A DNA stretch of 64,000 nt from the IMG/VR virus record IMGVR_UViG_3300013121_000033, positions 1 to 64,000 of that record. The stretch is one strand, 5' to 3'. The notes under the pieces were generated by a model, which worked only from the letters and a program-made list of their open reading frames with translations, ran no database searches and was not told where the DNA came from. Made by a program: the position numbers and the translations under genes. Shown here in pieces: positions 54,601 through 62,713 of the stretch (the stretch's first letter is position 1; each line of letters begins with the position of its first letter). The stretch is from a virus (lineage: Duplodnaviria > Caudoviricetes).

Positions 54601-56131
54601 TGGACGTGCCGTATCGCTCAGGGTGGTCCGCCCAATTGGCGGGCATCATCTCCGTGTCGTTGATGAGTTCCGCGGCGGACGGCCCGTACGTGGGGGTATG
54701 GCCGACTCCATGGCTGAACGCGTCGGGCGAGTCGGTGGAGTCGATGTTGAGGACGCTGCCGTCGGGGACCCGCCACTCGTGAGCGATCGGGTCTTTGAGG
54801 TCGACACCCATCGTTCCCGGCTTCGGTGACACCGTGACGATCCCAACGTTGTTGGGGTCGAGGTTTGCGAGGTCGTCGGCCTTCACGCCGGTGATGAACA
54901 TGTCGCGGGGACCGCCGCTGAATCCGCGTTGCATCGCGAACGTCTGGTAGAGGCCGAGCCGCTTCTGCGGATCATCGAACCGGCTGAGGTCGGAACCTTC
55001 GACAGCGACGAGGTTGTCGTAGAACGGGGCGGACCCTCCGTCGCCGGTCTTGGCGCGTTCGAACAGGTCGGCGGCGGTGATGTCTCCGCGGGCGACGGCG
55101 CGGGCTTCGAGAATCTGGTCGCGGATCAGGTCGGCGGTGGCACGGTCCGTGGTGAGACTGATCGCGTGGTCGGTGCCGCCACCGAGCCCCGACCCCGACC
55201 CGACACCGAGGTCGGCACGCGACTTGAGTGCCCCGTCGGCCTTCACCGCGGACAGGTTCGTGGTGACGTGGTACAGGGTGTCGGGGAGCGGGTCGAACCG
55301 GTCGGCCTGACCGTTCGAGATGTCATGAGCGACCGACTCCGCCTGCCACGGGGCGAGGCCGTAGTCGGACGTCAACTGCTCCTGACGGATGTCGCCCCGA
55401 GAGATCGCCTTCGCCGCTTCGACATTCCACGCCGGGGTGATGTCGGCGACACCGTCCACCTTCGGGGGAACCGGCAACGCAGCGTTGACCTGGGGGACGT
55501 CGGGGGCAACTTTGTCGGGAGTGTCGACTTCGGGGAGTTCGGGAAGGTCGTCCAACCACGACGAGAACTCGCGGTTCGCGAGGTCCCATGCGTTCTGGTC
55601 GTCACCCGGTTCCGACGGTCGTTCGCCGAGCACCTTCGCCGCCCACATGCCACGGTTCTCCCGAGAGTGGGGGCCTCGACCCCACCCGTCGGCCGCTTCC
55701 TTCAACTTCTTGTCGAACGACGCGAGGAGTTCGGTGCGGGCTGCGCCGTCCCCTTTGAGCAGCTTCCGGAGTAGGCCCTTGGACACGAACCCCTTGGGAG
55801 CGAACCTGCCGCTGTTCGGATCGTGCCAGTAGCCGAGTTCGTCGAGGCCGCCACCGATCCCGTCGCCCACCTCGTCCGCCGCCGACTTCACTTTCCGCTT
55901 CCCCGCGGCGGCGGTCACGCCCGGCTGGTACGGCTCCGGTTCGAGGTAGAGGTCAACTTTGTTGGCCCCGTAGTGGGCGATGACCTGTGCAAGTGGGACG
56001 GCTTCGCTATCCGGTTCGCCGTCCTCCCACACCATCGTGGTGTCGTCAGGGGTGCCGGATGCCCAAGATAGAAGCCTGCCGTCAGGGGTGTCGGCGACGA
56101 CGTAGACGGGCGCGGTGGCGGTGTCGGTCAC
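51686..56131 (-). CDS. Polyvalent protein (1481 aa): two ART-like domains, ParB/Srx, Zeta-toxin-like kinase
   Basis: LYHVT..ISLTTD..E; IYRAVP..GDWVTLS..YA..H..EWGY; VVDGHHRWAA; GLPGAGKS..NPD..K..HEES..ALDGT. Confidence 0.8.
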   Translation of the reverse strand: MTDTATAPVYVVADTPDGRLLSWASGTPDDTTMVWEDGEPDSEAVPLAQVIAHYGANKVDLYLEPEPYQPGVTAAAGKRKVKSAADEVGDGIGGGLDELGYWHDPNSGRFAPKGFVSKGLLRKLLKGDGAARTELLASFDKKLKEAADGWGRGPHSRENRGMWAAKVLGERPSEPGDDQNAWDLANREFSSWLDDLPELPEVDTPDKVAPDVPQVNAALPVPPKVDGVADITPAWNVEAAKAISRGDIRQEQLTSDYGLAPWQAESVAHDISNGQADRFDPLPDTLYHVTTNLSAVKADGALKSRADLGVGSGSGLGGGTDHAISLTTDRATADLIRDQILEARAVARGDITAADLFERAKTGDGGSAPFYDNLVAVEGSDLSRFDDPQKRLGLYQTFAMQRGFSGGPRDMFITGVKADDLANLDPNNVGIVTVSPKPGTMGVDLKDPIAHEWRVPDGSVLNIDSTDSPDAFSHGVGHTPTYGPSAAELINDTEMMPANWADHPERYGTSNPGGVDETMAALRSVDGNPDATVTIYRAVPSDVADQGKAFGQGDWVTLSRSYAEQHAASNIAGGPGVVVSEQVPADSVRYAGDDLMEWGYFPDGAPQEPDTGNTDWEKVAADRDARRAERSARRAAEEAARQQREADRAASAGEPPKSRFPTVSSPAMDRPEVDTEHQIDTSKYPAGTKFKVDGLADTITLNDDGTISDEHGNVASAINVNGITGKVVSYPEAASPAASGSTADLSKVDLTPDLADQVTAGDGTKANPFQTTDVQTAAALIAQKQHVQLAHERQVSTLVDKLDEMVKEAVAAGADAPKYDLCLVSVPGTNLFCADNKGIERIHMPQFSSPDPLPGTMAASLPRDDQGWVNVGDQFVDYVRSTGVTVTDERINPSMLKASQAELDGAKVAAIYRDIGVDPNAVRGTIFVSSDDYVVDGHHRWAAQAAYALANGDGAADMDIQRIDMPITELLALANAYTAEVGIPGASVFSGPEADPGDIEKIKAAIDKGVNLPDADVGLRFTPEAQGFRTQVEEAVASVPGFDRPYDRAAALTAILSDLALTDSPLDTHVLENRLGPNGDEWTPERQALHQQIIDDIISQVEGKVPKERRAVIMAGLPGAGKSTALQPGGPAAERGFVMFEPGTGDIPDGVTHVVVNPDLMKEALIHHGAYPHVEGLKPMETVGLTHEESSYLSKALWQRLIDEGYNVALDGTLVSRGGVQKKVQQLVDRGYDERVGINARITLDGSRRSALDRYARGAATPDGGRLVPPQTWDTAAPQLPGAASSVDDNFDAMLADGLFTDGVVVDNRARLATVIPKHTPDALAALPTDSRISRTDGVGDQLRRTSTGTWVDSSGTEFTDEDIAFDADWRVDVEGDGSRPAGIRPLTTEVPQSDKPSTPTPPKRKRIKRGDTSGFDAEQAGTTIRRVDGRGVPLVKQPDGTWAQIGVGGGIPSGFLSGTTSEWEVVPAGEPVAGPAAPAG

Positions 56132-56156
56132 CCGGCAAGTATGCGGGGTGGACTGG

Positions 56157-56429
56157 TCAGCCGCGAGGTTCGGGGTCAGGAAGGTCGACGTCGGTGTCGG
56201 TCACGGTGAGGCCGACGTCACGAGCCGCGGCGGCGAACGCCGAGAACGCTGCGACGTCAGCTTCGGGAAGGTCCCAGTTGCCGGTGAGCCCGACGAACTC
56301 GTCGACCTGCAACCCGACCAGTTCCCCGGACTCCATCGCCGCCTCAACCTCGGACGCGACCACGTCGAACGGGGTGACCCCGTCGCGGGTCGCCGTGTAG
56401 GTGACCCCGTTGCTCAACGTGACCTTCAT
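56157..56429 (-). CDS. Small acidic protein
   Basis: ATGA-coupled to the giant upstream gene. Confidence 0.6.
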   Translation of the reverse strand: MKVTLSNGVTYTATRDGVTPFDVVASEVEAAMESGELVGLQVDEFVGLTGNWDLPEADVAAFSAFAAAARDVGLTVTDTDVDLPDPEPRG

Positions 56430-59400
56430 GGCGCCACCGTACCCGCCGCGGCGCCTGCCGTCGATGCTGCCACGTCAGGAGTGGGCAGTGGGGCTACCGG
56501 GGTTGGGGTGCCGGGCAGGGGGGCGCCTTGGATGGGGGTGGTGTTGCCGTCGACACCTGCGGGGGTTGTCGGGGTGATCGTCGCCATGAGGCCCGCCGCG
56601 AAGGCTGCGAGCTTCGGGTCAGCGAGCCACGTTCGGGACTCACGATGACGGCGGTTCGACTTCGAGAACTGCTGCACCGCGGTCGTGAACACCTCGAAGT
56701 TTCCGCCGTCGCCGACGGACGGCTTGTAGAGGCGCCCCGAGTATTCGTCGGCGAACTCGTCTTTCCAGCCTTGCGGGTGGCGCCCGGACACCTGGCGGGT
56801 CCACCTGAACTTCTTGCGGTCCGGGTCGGCGGCGACACGGCGGATCAGGTGCCACGCTTCGGCGGCGGTGAGTCCTGCGAGGGTGTCCTCGAAGCTGTGA
56901 CCGAACTCGTGTGAGACGACGTCGACATACTTGGGCTGCTTCGTGACCGACGGGACGGACAGTTTGTGGGTGCGGCCCTCGTTCCAGTGGGTGCCGCCAC
57001 CGAGGCCGCGGGCGCCTTGGATCGCGAGGCGTTGCGGGACGCGACGGAAGATCGCCGACCACGACGTCGGGAAGATGCGGAGCCCTGCTTCGGCGGTGCG
57101 GCGCACGTCGTTGTTCCCGAGGCGGGCGAACGGCTTGTCCTCGGGGTACTTGCCGGAAGCGGCGAACACGGCGTGCGCGTCGACGCCCATCGGGATACCG
57201 AGCGCTTCCATCGTGTCGACCCACGCCCGGGTGATGTCGGGCACCTCGGAAGCCCCTTCGAGTTCCGCTGCGCGGCGGCGGCGGGCGATCGTCTTGAGGA
57301 TGTCGGCGCCGTTACCGTCCAGGATCACGGTTGTCGATTCGGTGCGCCGGTACACCTCACCGGTTCGTTCGCTGACCCCGGTCGTCGGATACGACCATGT
57401 CATCTTGACCTGGCCGCCCTTCGAGACGTGGATCGCTACCTTCGATGCAATCCCGCCGGTCGGGATGCGAGCACTTAGGCCATTCGGCTGCCCTGTGTCG
57501 GGGTCGAAGTACGCGTAGACCTCGTAACCGTCGTACGTTTTCCAGGTCGAGAAATCGTTGATGTCGGTGTTGCGGAGCCACCCCAGCCGTTCCGTCACGG
57601 CTGCAACGTCAGCGGGGTCTGTTTCGGGGGTTGGGTTGCCGACGCCGTTGAGGACGGTGTTGACGATCGCTGCTCGGATCGGGGTGGGGCTTTCATCGCC
57701 TTCGCCGTAGTCGGGGAACAGGGCGGTGAACCTGGCGTCCACCACAGCGGTGAGTGCCGCCCCGAATTCCTCGACCCGGTCGAGGTTCCGTACCGACGTC
57801 CGTTCATCCGGGGTGAGGTTGTCTGACTCGATGCGGTCCAACAGTTCACCGTCGCCTGGTTCCTGGCTTTCGGGTCGCGAGAACCACGACGCGTGATCGG
57901 CGGGGAGGCCGTCGAGGACTGTTTGGCGGGCGGCGGCGAGCGCCGCGACGCGTTCCTCCCACGGTCGGGTTTCGTCGAGCGCGACGGTGTAGTCGGGGTC
58001 GGGGATGACCCCGAGTTCGTCGGCGGTCGAGATGGACGTCCACAGGTCGGTTCCGCCGTCGCCGTTCGGTTCGGCGTAGACGATGTCGCGGGCGGGGAGG
58101 CTGACATCGCCGTCGGGGTCGGCGACGAAGTGGCCGCCCACCCACCGGGCGGCGACGGTGTCGTCGTTCGAGCCGCTGCGCAGATCACGGATCGTGTCCC
58201 GCGACCTGGTCATGAGCGCTTGGACAAGATTGTCCTCGCGTCCGCTGATCGTGGCGCCCCGCCCGGAACGGAGCGACAGGACAACCCGGTCGGCGTCGGC
58301 GGCTCCGGCTGCGGCGTCAGCGACCGCCAGGAGGCGTGAGACGCGGGGGTCGGTGACGGGGAGGACGATGTGGTCCTCGTCGGACACCGGGAGCGTCGAG
58401 TTCATGAACCCGTACGGGAACGGCGACCAGCCGACCGTGTGGTCGCGGACGTTGACGGACACGGTGAGCGGCTGCGCTCCGGGCGGCCAGGTTGTGACCC
58501 GCCACATGCCGGTCGGTTCCACGACGGGCTCCGAGGCCGACGACCCGTAGGCAGCCCGCCTGTGCCACACCCCGTCTAGGTCGACGACCGCTTCGTTGCC
58601 GTTGGCTGACCGGAGGGCGGTGCCTTCGGGGAGGAACTTGCGGGCCTCGGGGTCGGACGCGTCGAACATGACGGACGGCTTGCGGGTGATGGTCCGGAGG
58701 GCCGCCTTGATGCCAGAGCCGCGTTCGGCTTCGGTGACGAGGTCGAGGCCGTTTGCGATGTCGGGGATGAGGGCGTCGATGCGGGCGTCGATGTCGTCGG
58801 GCAACGGGACCCGAGCGGTCGTGTCGGCGTCGAGTGGAGGGTTGGCCCACAGGAACGTGGGGACGCCGTCGGTGTCGTTGAGGGTGCCGTGCACGTTGCC
58901 CCAATTGAGCGTGACGGGCTTGACTCCGTTGATCGGGGTGGTCGTGTAGATGGCGCGGCCGCCGACGGAACCGATCTCGTAGGCAGGCCACTGCACGTCA
59001 ACGTTGCCGACCGTGACACCGCCGCCTTGGGTGGCGTTCGCCGTCGTCGCGTTCGACCGGAGGAACGCAGCGACCGCTCGCTGCGGGTCGTCCGGCTGCG
59101 TGATGTCAGCCATCGCGTAACTCGTCGGACCGTCGAGGCGGCGCTTCACCGCCGCTGCGTCGACATCACGCCAGTAGCGAGCGACATCTGCCGGGTCGAG
59201 ATCACCGACCGCCGAGAACAACGCCTGCCGTGCGGCAGAAACATCTGTGAACGACGCCGCCGCAGACGGGGTCGGACCCTGCGGTTCCGGGTCTGGGGCT
59301 GCGCCGTCGGGTGCGGTGTCTGCGAACCGGGACCACTTCACCTTGAGCGCGGGTTGGTCGTCGCGGGGGATGCGCGCGTACGTGTCGTCCACGTACTCGA

Positions 59401-62400
59401 CGGGCACCGTCGAGCCTTGCGGGTAGCCGTGACGGTTCAGATAGTTGTCGGCGACGACAGCTTCGCCGGTGCCGCCCGCGTCGCGGATGCGGTCCCTGGT
59501 AGCTGCTCCCGCTCCCGTGGTTGTCCTGGTCGTGTTTGGAGTACGTGACGGCGCAGACACGACGCGGGTGCCGGGGCCGGGCTCGGCGTCGGAGAATCGA
59601 CCCCACTTCACCTTGAACCGTTCGCCGTTGTCGAGCGTCACCGTCGCGTAGGTGTCGTCCTGGTACTCGACAGCGACAGCGTCACCCTTCTGCACCCCGA
59701 GCCGGGACAAGTAGTTGTCGCGTGCGATCGCCAGAGTCGGGCCGTCAGAGGCACGAACCCGGTCCTTCACCGATGTCGGCAGGTCCACGGTCGGCGCGTC
59801 GAGCACATCTCCGGTCAGGGACTTTGCCCCGGCCCATGACGCCGACCCCAACAGGACTTCACGGCCGACGGGATCGCGTGCCACCTCGTACGGGGTCGGG
59901 TATCCGTCGGGTGCCTTCATGCGCACCATCTCGGCGATCGACTTGCCGTCGCCTACCGCCACGAGTTGACGGCCGAGTTCATTGTCCGGGTCGCGTTCGA
60001 GTAGCAGGTTTCCGATCTGGTGGCCGCTCGCGACGGACGCCCAGTCGAACCCGGCGTCCGCCCATGCCAGCGCTCCGGTCATCCTGGTGTGGCCGGGACG
60101 GGCCGGTTCGGACACCGCCGTCACACTGAGGCGTTGCACACCTTGAGCGGCGAGGCCGTCCTCGATGTGGGCGGCGAGGCGGGTCCCGACCCCTTTGCCG
60201 GTGTGGGCACCTTCGAGTTCCATGGACGCCAGGTGAGCGACCGGGGAGCCGTCCTCATCGAGTGAGAGACGGTAGGTGTAGATGCCGACCTTGTCGCCGT
60301 TGTGGGTGATCTCGCCGGTGACGTCGATGCTGTGATCCCGGGCCAGGCGCACCGACGGCGTCGCCGTGTATCCGTCGCCCAAGTCCGCGGTGAACACCGG
60401 GGCCAGCCGGTCCTTGACCGACGCATCCCACGTCGACCGGTCCGCCCCCGCTGCCGCAAGGACGTCGCCGAGGGGGCGTGCGGTGTCGGCGGTTTGGGCG
60501 TCGAGTGCTGCCCGTTCGATGAGGCCGCGGAGGACGCCGACGGAAACGGGCGAGTCGCTGGTGATCTCGGTGCCGTCCGCGGTGGACGCCCAACGCGCCC
60601 CAGCACGACCGCCGTACGAACCGAGCGTCTTGCCAGACGCGGTGAGGACCGTGAACTTTCCGGCACCGTCACGCCGAACGCGGGTCGCTTCGCCGGTCGC
60701 GGCTTCCCACGGGGTCGCGAGAGGCTGCATCCCTGTGTCGGTTCGCGGTGCAGGGGATTCGGCAGTGTCGGGGCGGATGTGGAGGACCGCCCAGAAGTGG
60801 ACGCTCTGTTCGTCTCCGGCTTCGGCGGTGAGAACTTCGCGGTGGGCGACGGCGACCTCATAGGGGGTCAGGTCGGTGTCGGTCAACGGTTCCCCCGCGA
60901 CGAGTTTGCGGGTCACCTCCGCCATTCGGTCGGCCATCACGTCGTCGCCGACGGAGCGGAGGTTCGACTCGATGTGGTTCAGGTCTTGTTTGCCCCCCGG
61001 TGCGAACCAGTCCGGGTTGAGGCCCCAGTCGAACCCGGCCTTCGCCCAGGTGTAAGCGCCGTTGAGGTCGCCGCCTCCCGCTGAGGACGTCGCGTTCATG
61101 ACGACTCGGTCGACCCCGGCGGACCGGTAGGCGTCGAGGGACGCGGCGAGGAACCGGGTGCCGATCCCGTTGCCCTGCTGGTCCTTGTCGAGGACGAACT
61201 GGTCGTGCACGACGACGGCTTCGCCGTAGTCGAAGTGCCGAGAGCGGACGTAACGAGTGAACGTACCGACCGTCTGACCTTCGACTTCGATGCGGCCACG
61301 AACGGTGGTGTTCCCTCCGATCGCGCCTGGCTCGATGTCGTCCACGACGGATCGTGTGTCGTCACCGAGGTCGTGCTCGAACAGGCTTCGGATGAACGCC
61401 GGGTCCTCCGACACGGTTAGTGCGTCGTCAGCCGGACCGTCCAACTTCGGGACGTCAGCCAACCGGCGGCCAGCCAGCGTTGGCGGTTCTGTAACCGCAG
61501 GAAGTTCCGCTCGGGCGGTCATCGCAGCGGCGTGCCGTTCAGGGAACGTGTTGAACGGAGCGGTTGGGACCCCGTCGATCGGCTCGGGCCACGCTTCGAT
61601 CGCGTCGATGATCTTCGGATCGCGGACGACGATCACTTCGTCCTTGTCTGCGCCGCCCTTTCCGAGTACCTGGTCGATGGGGAAGTCGCGGGTGGTATCG
61701 TTGCGCCCCCACTTCTTCGGTGACCCCGGGTTGTCACGATTCCGGTTCTTCTCTGCTGGCAGCGTTGACCACGACGTCAGCCCCGACGTAGCTGTGTCGC
61801 CTTTGCGCCCCGGGCTCCCATACCGGCCGGGGTCGTTCCCACCGAAGGGGTCTTTCGAGTCGGAGCCCCGGCTCAACGTCACCGTTTCGGGGGCGCGCTC
61901 CGCCCACAAGCGGTGCATCGTCTTGAGCCCCTGTACCTGCTCCGGCTGCGGGTCCTCGGACTTCATGACATCGGAGAGCAAGCGACGGGTCCAGGCGAAC
62001 AAACTGAACCGTTCGGCTTCGGCACCGGGCTCACCCCACGAGGCGTTCGGGTCGAACCCGGGAAGCAGTTTCGTGATGTCCTCGAAAGCGGCCAATTCCT
62101 CTGGGGTCAGGTCGTCCCGTGTCGGGGCCTTCATCGCCGCCTCAAGTGACCGGGCGGCGGCGGGGGTGTCGGCGGCAGGGGCGGTGAGGCGGTCGATGTT
62201 GCGGGCGTGCCAGTTCGCGAGTTCGCGTTGGGCGGCGTCCCACACGTTGCGGTCGTCGCCAGAACGGTCCGGGCGGGGGCCGAGGACCAGTTCGGACCAG
62301 CGGCCGCCGTTCTCCCGCCACAAGCCACGCCCGAAGTCGGGGTCGTCATGGGCGCGTTTGTCGAGCAACCCCAAGAACTCGGTGCGGGCCTTCCCGTCGC

Positions 62401-62713
62401 CCTTGAACAGAGCGCGGAGGATGCGGGCCGAGATGTAGCCCTTCGGTGCGAACTTCCCGGTGGACGGGTCATGCCAGAACCCGAGTTCGTCGAACCCGCC
62501 GACGCCTTCGCCGACGTCGCGGCGAACCCGACGCGCAGCAGCGGTCACGCCCGGGTCGCGGCGGCCGGGGCGAGCGGCGGCGATCTCCGTGTAGCTGTAG
62601 CCGTCGGCGAGGAGCGCGGCGCGCTGCTCTGCCCACAGTTCAAGGTCGACCGGGACGGTGTCGACGGGCGGCCCAAGGTTCGGTTCGGTGAGCGGGACAG
62701 CAGGCGTGGTCAC
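56426..62713 (-). CDS. Polyvalent protein (2095 aa): R-S-E ART-like, two GNAT, tandem SH3-like repeat, zincin peptidase
   Basis: LSRG..LTSWST..EVIV; QGNGIGT..GAYTWAKAGFDW; GKGVGT..GALAWADAGFDW; HEFGH..EVFT. Confidence 0.8.
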   Translation of the reverse strand: MTTPAVPLTEPNLGPPVDTVPVDLELWAEQRAALLADGYSYTEIAAARPGRRDPGVTAAARRVRRDVGEGVGGFDELGFWHDPSTGKFAPKGYISARILRALFKGDGKARTEFLGLLDKRAHDDPDFGRGLWRENGGRWSELVLGPRPDRSGDDRNVWDAAQRELANWHARNIDRLTAPAADTPAAARSLEAAMKAPTRDDLTPEELAAFEDITKLLPGFDPNASWGEPGAEAERFSLFAWTRRLLSDVMKSEDPQPEQVQGLKTMHRLWAERAPETVTLSRGSDSKDPFGGNDPGRYGSPGRKGDTATSGLTSWSTLPAEKNRNRDNPGSPKKWGRNDTTRDFPIDQVLGKGGADKDEVIVVRDPKIIDAIEAWPEPIDGVPTAPFNTFPERHAAAMTARAELPAVTEPPTLAGRRLADVPKLDGPADDALTVSEDPAFIRSLFEHDLGDDTRSVVDDIEPGAIGGNTTVRGRIEVEGQTVGTFTRYVRSRHFDYGEAVVVHDQFVLDKDQQGNGIGTRFLAASLDAYRSAGVDRVVMNATSSAGGGDLNGAYTWAKAGFDWGLNPDWFAPGGKQDLNHIESNLRSVGDDVMADRMAEVTRKLVAGEPLTDTDLTPYEVAVAHREVLTAEAGDEQSVHFWAVLHIRPDTAESPAPRTDTGMQPLATPWEAATGEATRVRRDGAGKFTVLTASGKTLGSYGGRAGARWASTADGTEITSDSPVSVGVLRGLIERAALDAQTADTARPLGDVLAAAGADRSTWDASVKDRLAPVFTADLGDGYTATPSVRLARDHSIDVTGEITHNGDKVGIYTYRLSLDEDGSPVAHLASMELEGAHTGKGVGTRLAAHIEDGLAAQGVQRLSVTAVSEPARPGHTRMTGALAWADAGFDWASVASGHQIGNLLLERDPDNELGRQLVAVGDGKSIAEMVRMKAPDGYPTPYEVARDPVGREVLLGSASWAGAKSLTGDVLDAPTVDLPTSVKDRVRASDGPTLAIARDNYLSRLGVQKGDAVAVEYQDDTYATVTLDNGERFKVKWGRFSDAEPGPGTRVVSAPSRTPNTTRTTTGAGAATRDRIRDAGGTGEAVVADNYLNRHGYPQGSTVPVEYVDDTYARIPRDDQPALKVKWSRFADTAPDGAAPDPEPQGPTPSAAASFTDVSAARQALFSAVGDLDPADVARYWRDVDAAAVKRRLDGPTSYAMADITQPDDPQRAVAAFLRSNATTANATQGGGVTVGNVDVQWPAYEIGSVGGRAIYTTTPINGVKPVTLNWGNVHGTLNDTDGVPTFLWANPPLDADTTARVPLPDDIDARIDALIPDIANGLDLVTEAERGSGIKAALRTITRKPSVMFDASDPEARKFLPEGTALRSANGNEAVVDLDGVWHRRAAYGSSASEPVVEPTGMWRVTTWPPGAQPLTVSVNVRDHTVGWSPFPYGFMNSTLPVSDEDHIVLPVTDPRVSRLLAVADAAAGAADADRVVLSLRSGRGATISGREDNLVQALMTRSRDTIRDLRSGSNDDTVAARWVGGHFVADPDGDVSLPARDIVYAEPNGDGGTDLWTSISTADELGVIPDPDYTVALDETRPWEERVAALAAARQTVLDGLPADHASWFSRPESQEPGDGELLDRIESDNLTPDERTSVRNLDRVEEFGAALTAVVDARFTALFPDYGEGDESPTPIRAAIVNTVLNGVGNPTPETDPADVAAVTERLGWLRNTDINDFSTWKTYDGYEVYAYFDPDTGQPNGLSARIPTGGIASKVAIHVSKGGQVKMTWSYPTTGVSERTGEVYRRTESTTVILDGNGADILKTIARRRRAAELEGASEVPDITRAWVDTMEALGIPMGVDAHAVFAASGKYPEDKPFARLGNNDVRRTAEAGLRIFPTSWSAIFRRVPQRLAIQGARGLGGGTHWNEGRTHKLSVPSVTKQPKYVDVVSHEFGHSFEDTLAGLTAAEAWHLIRRVAADPDRKKFRWTRQVSGRHPQGWKDEFADEYSGRLYKPSVGDGGNFEVFTTAVQQFSKSNRRHRESRTWLADPKLAAFAAGLMATITPTTPAGVDGNTTPIQGAPLPGTPTPVAPLPTPDVAASTAGAAAGTVAP

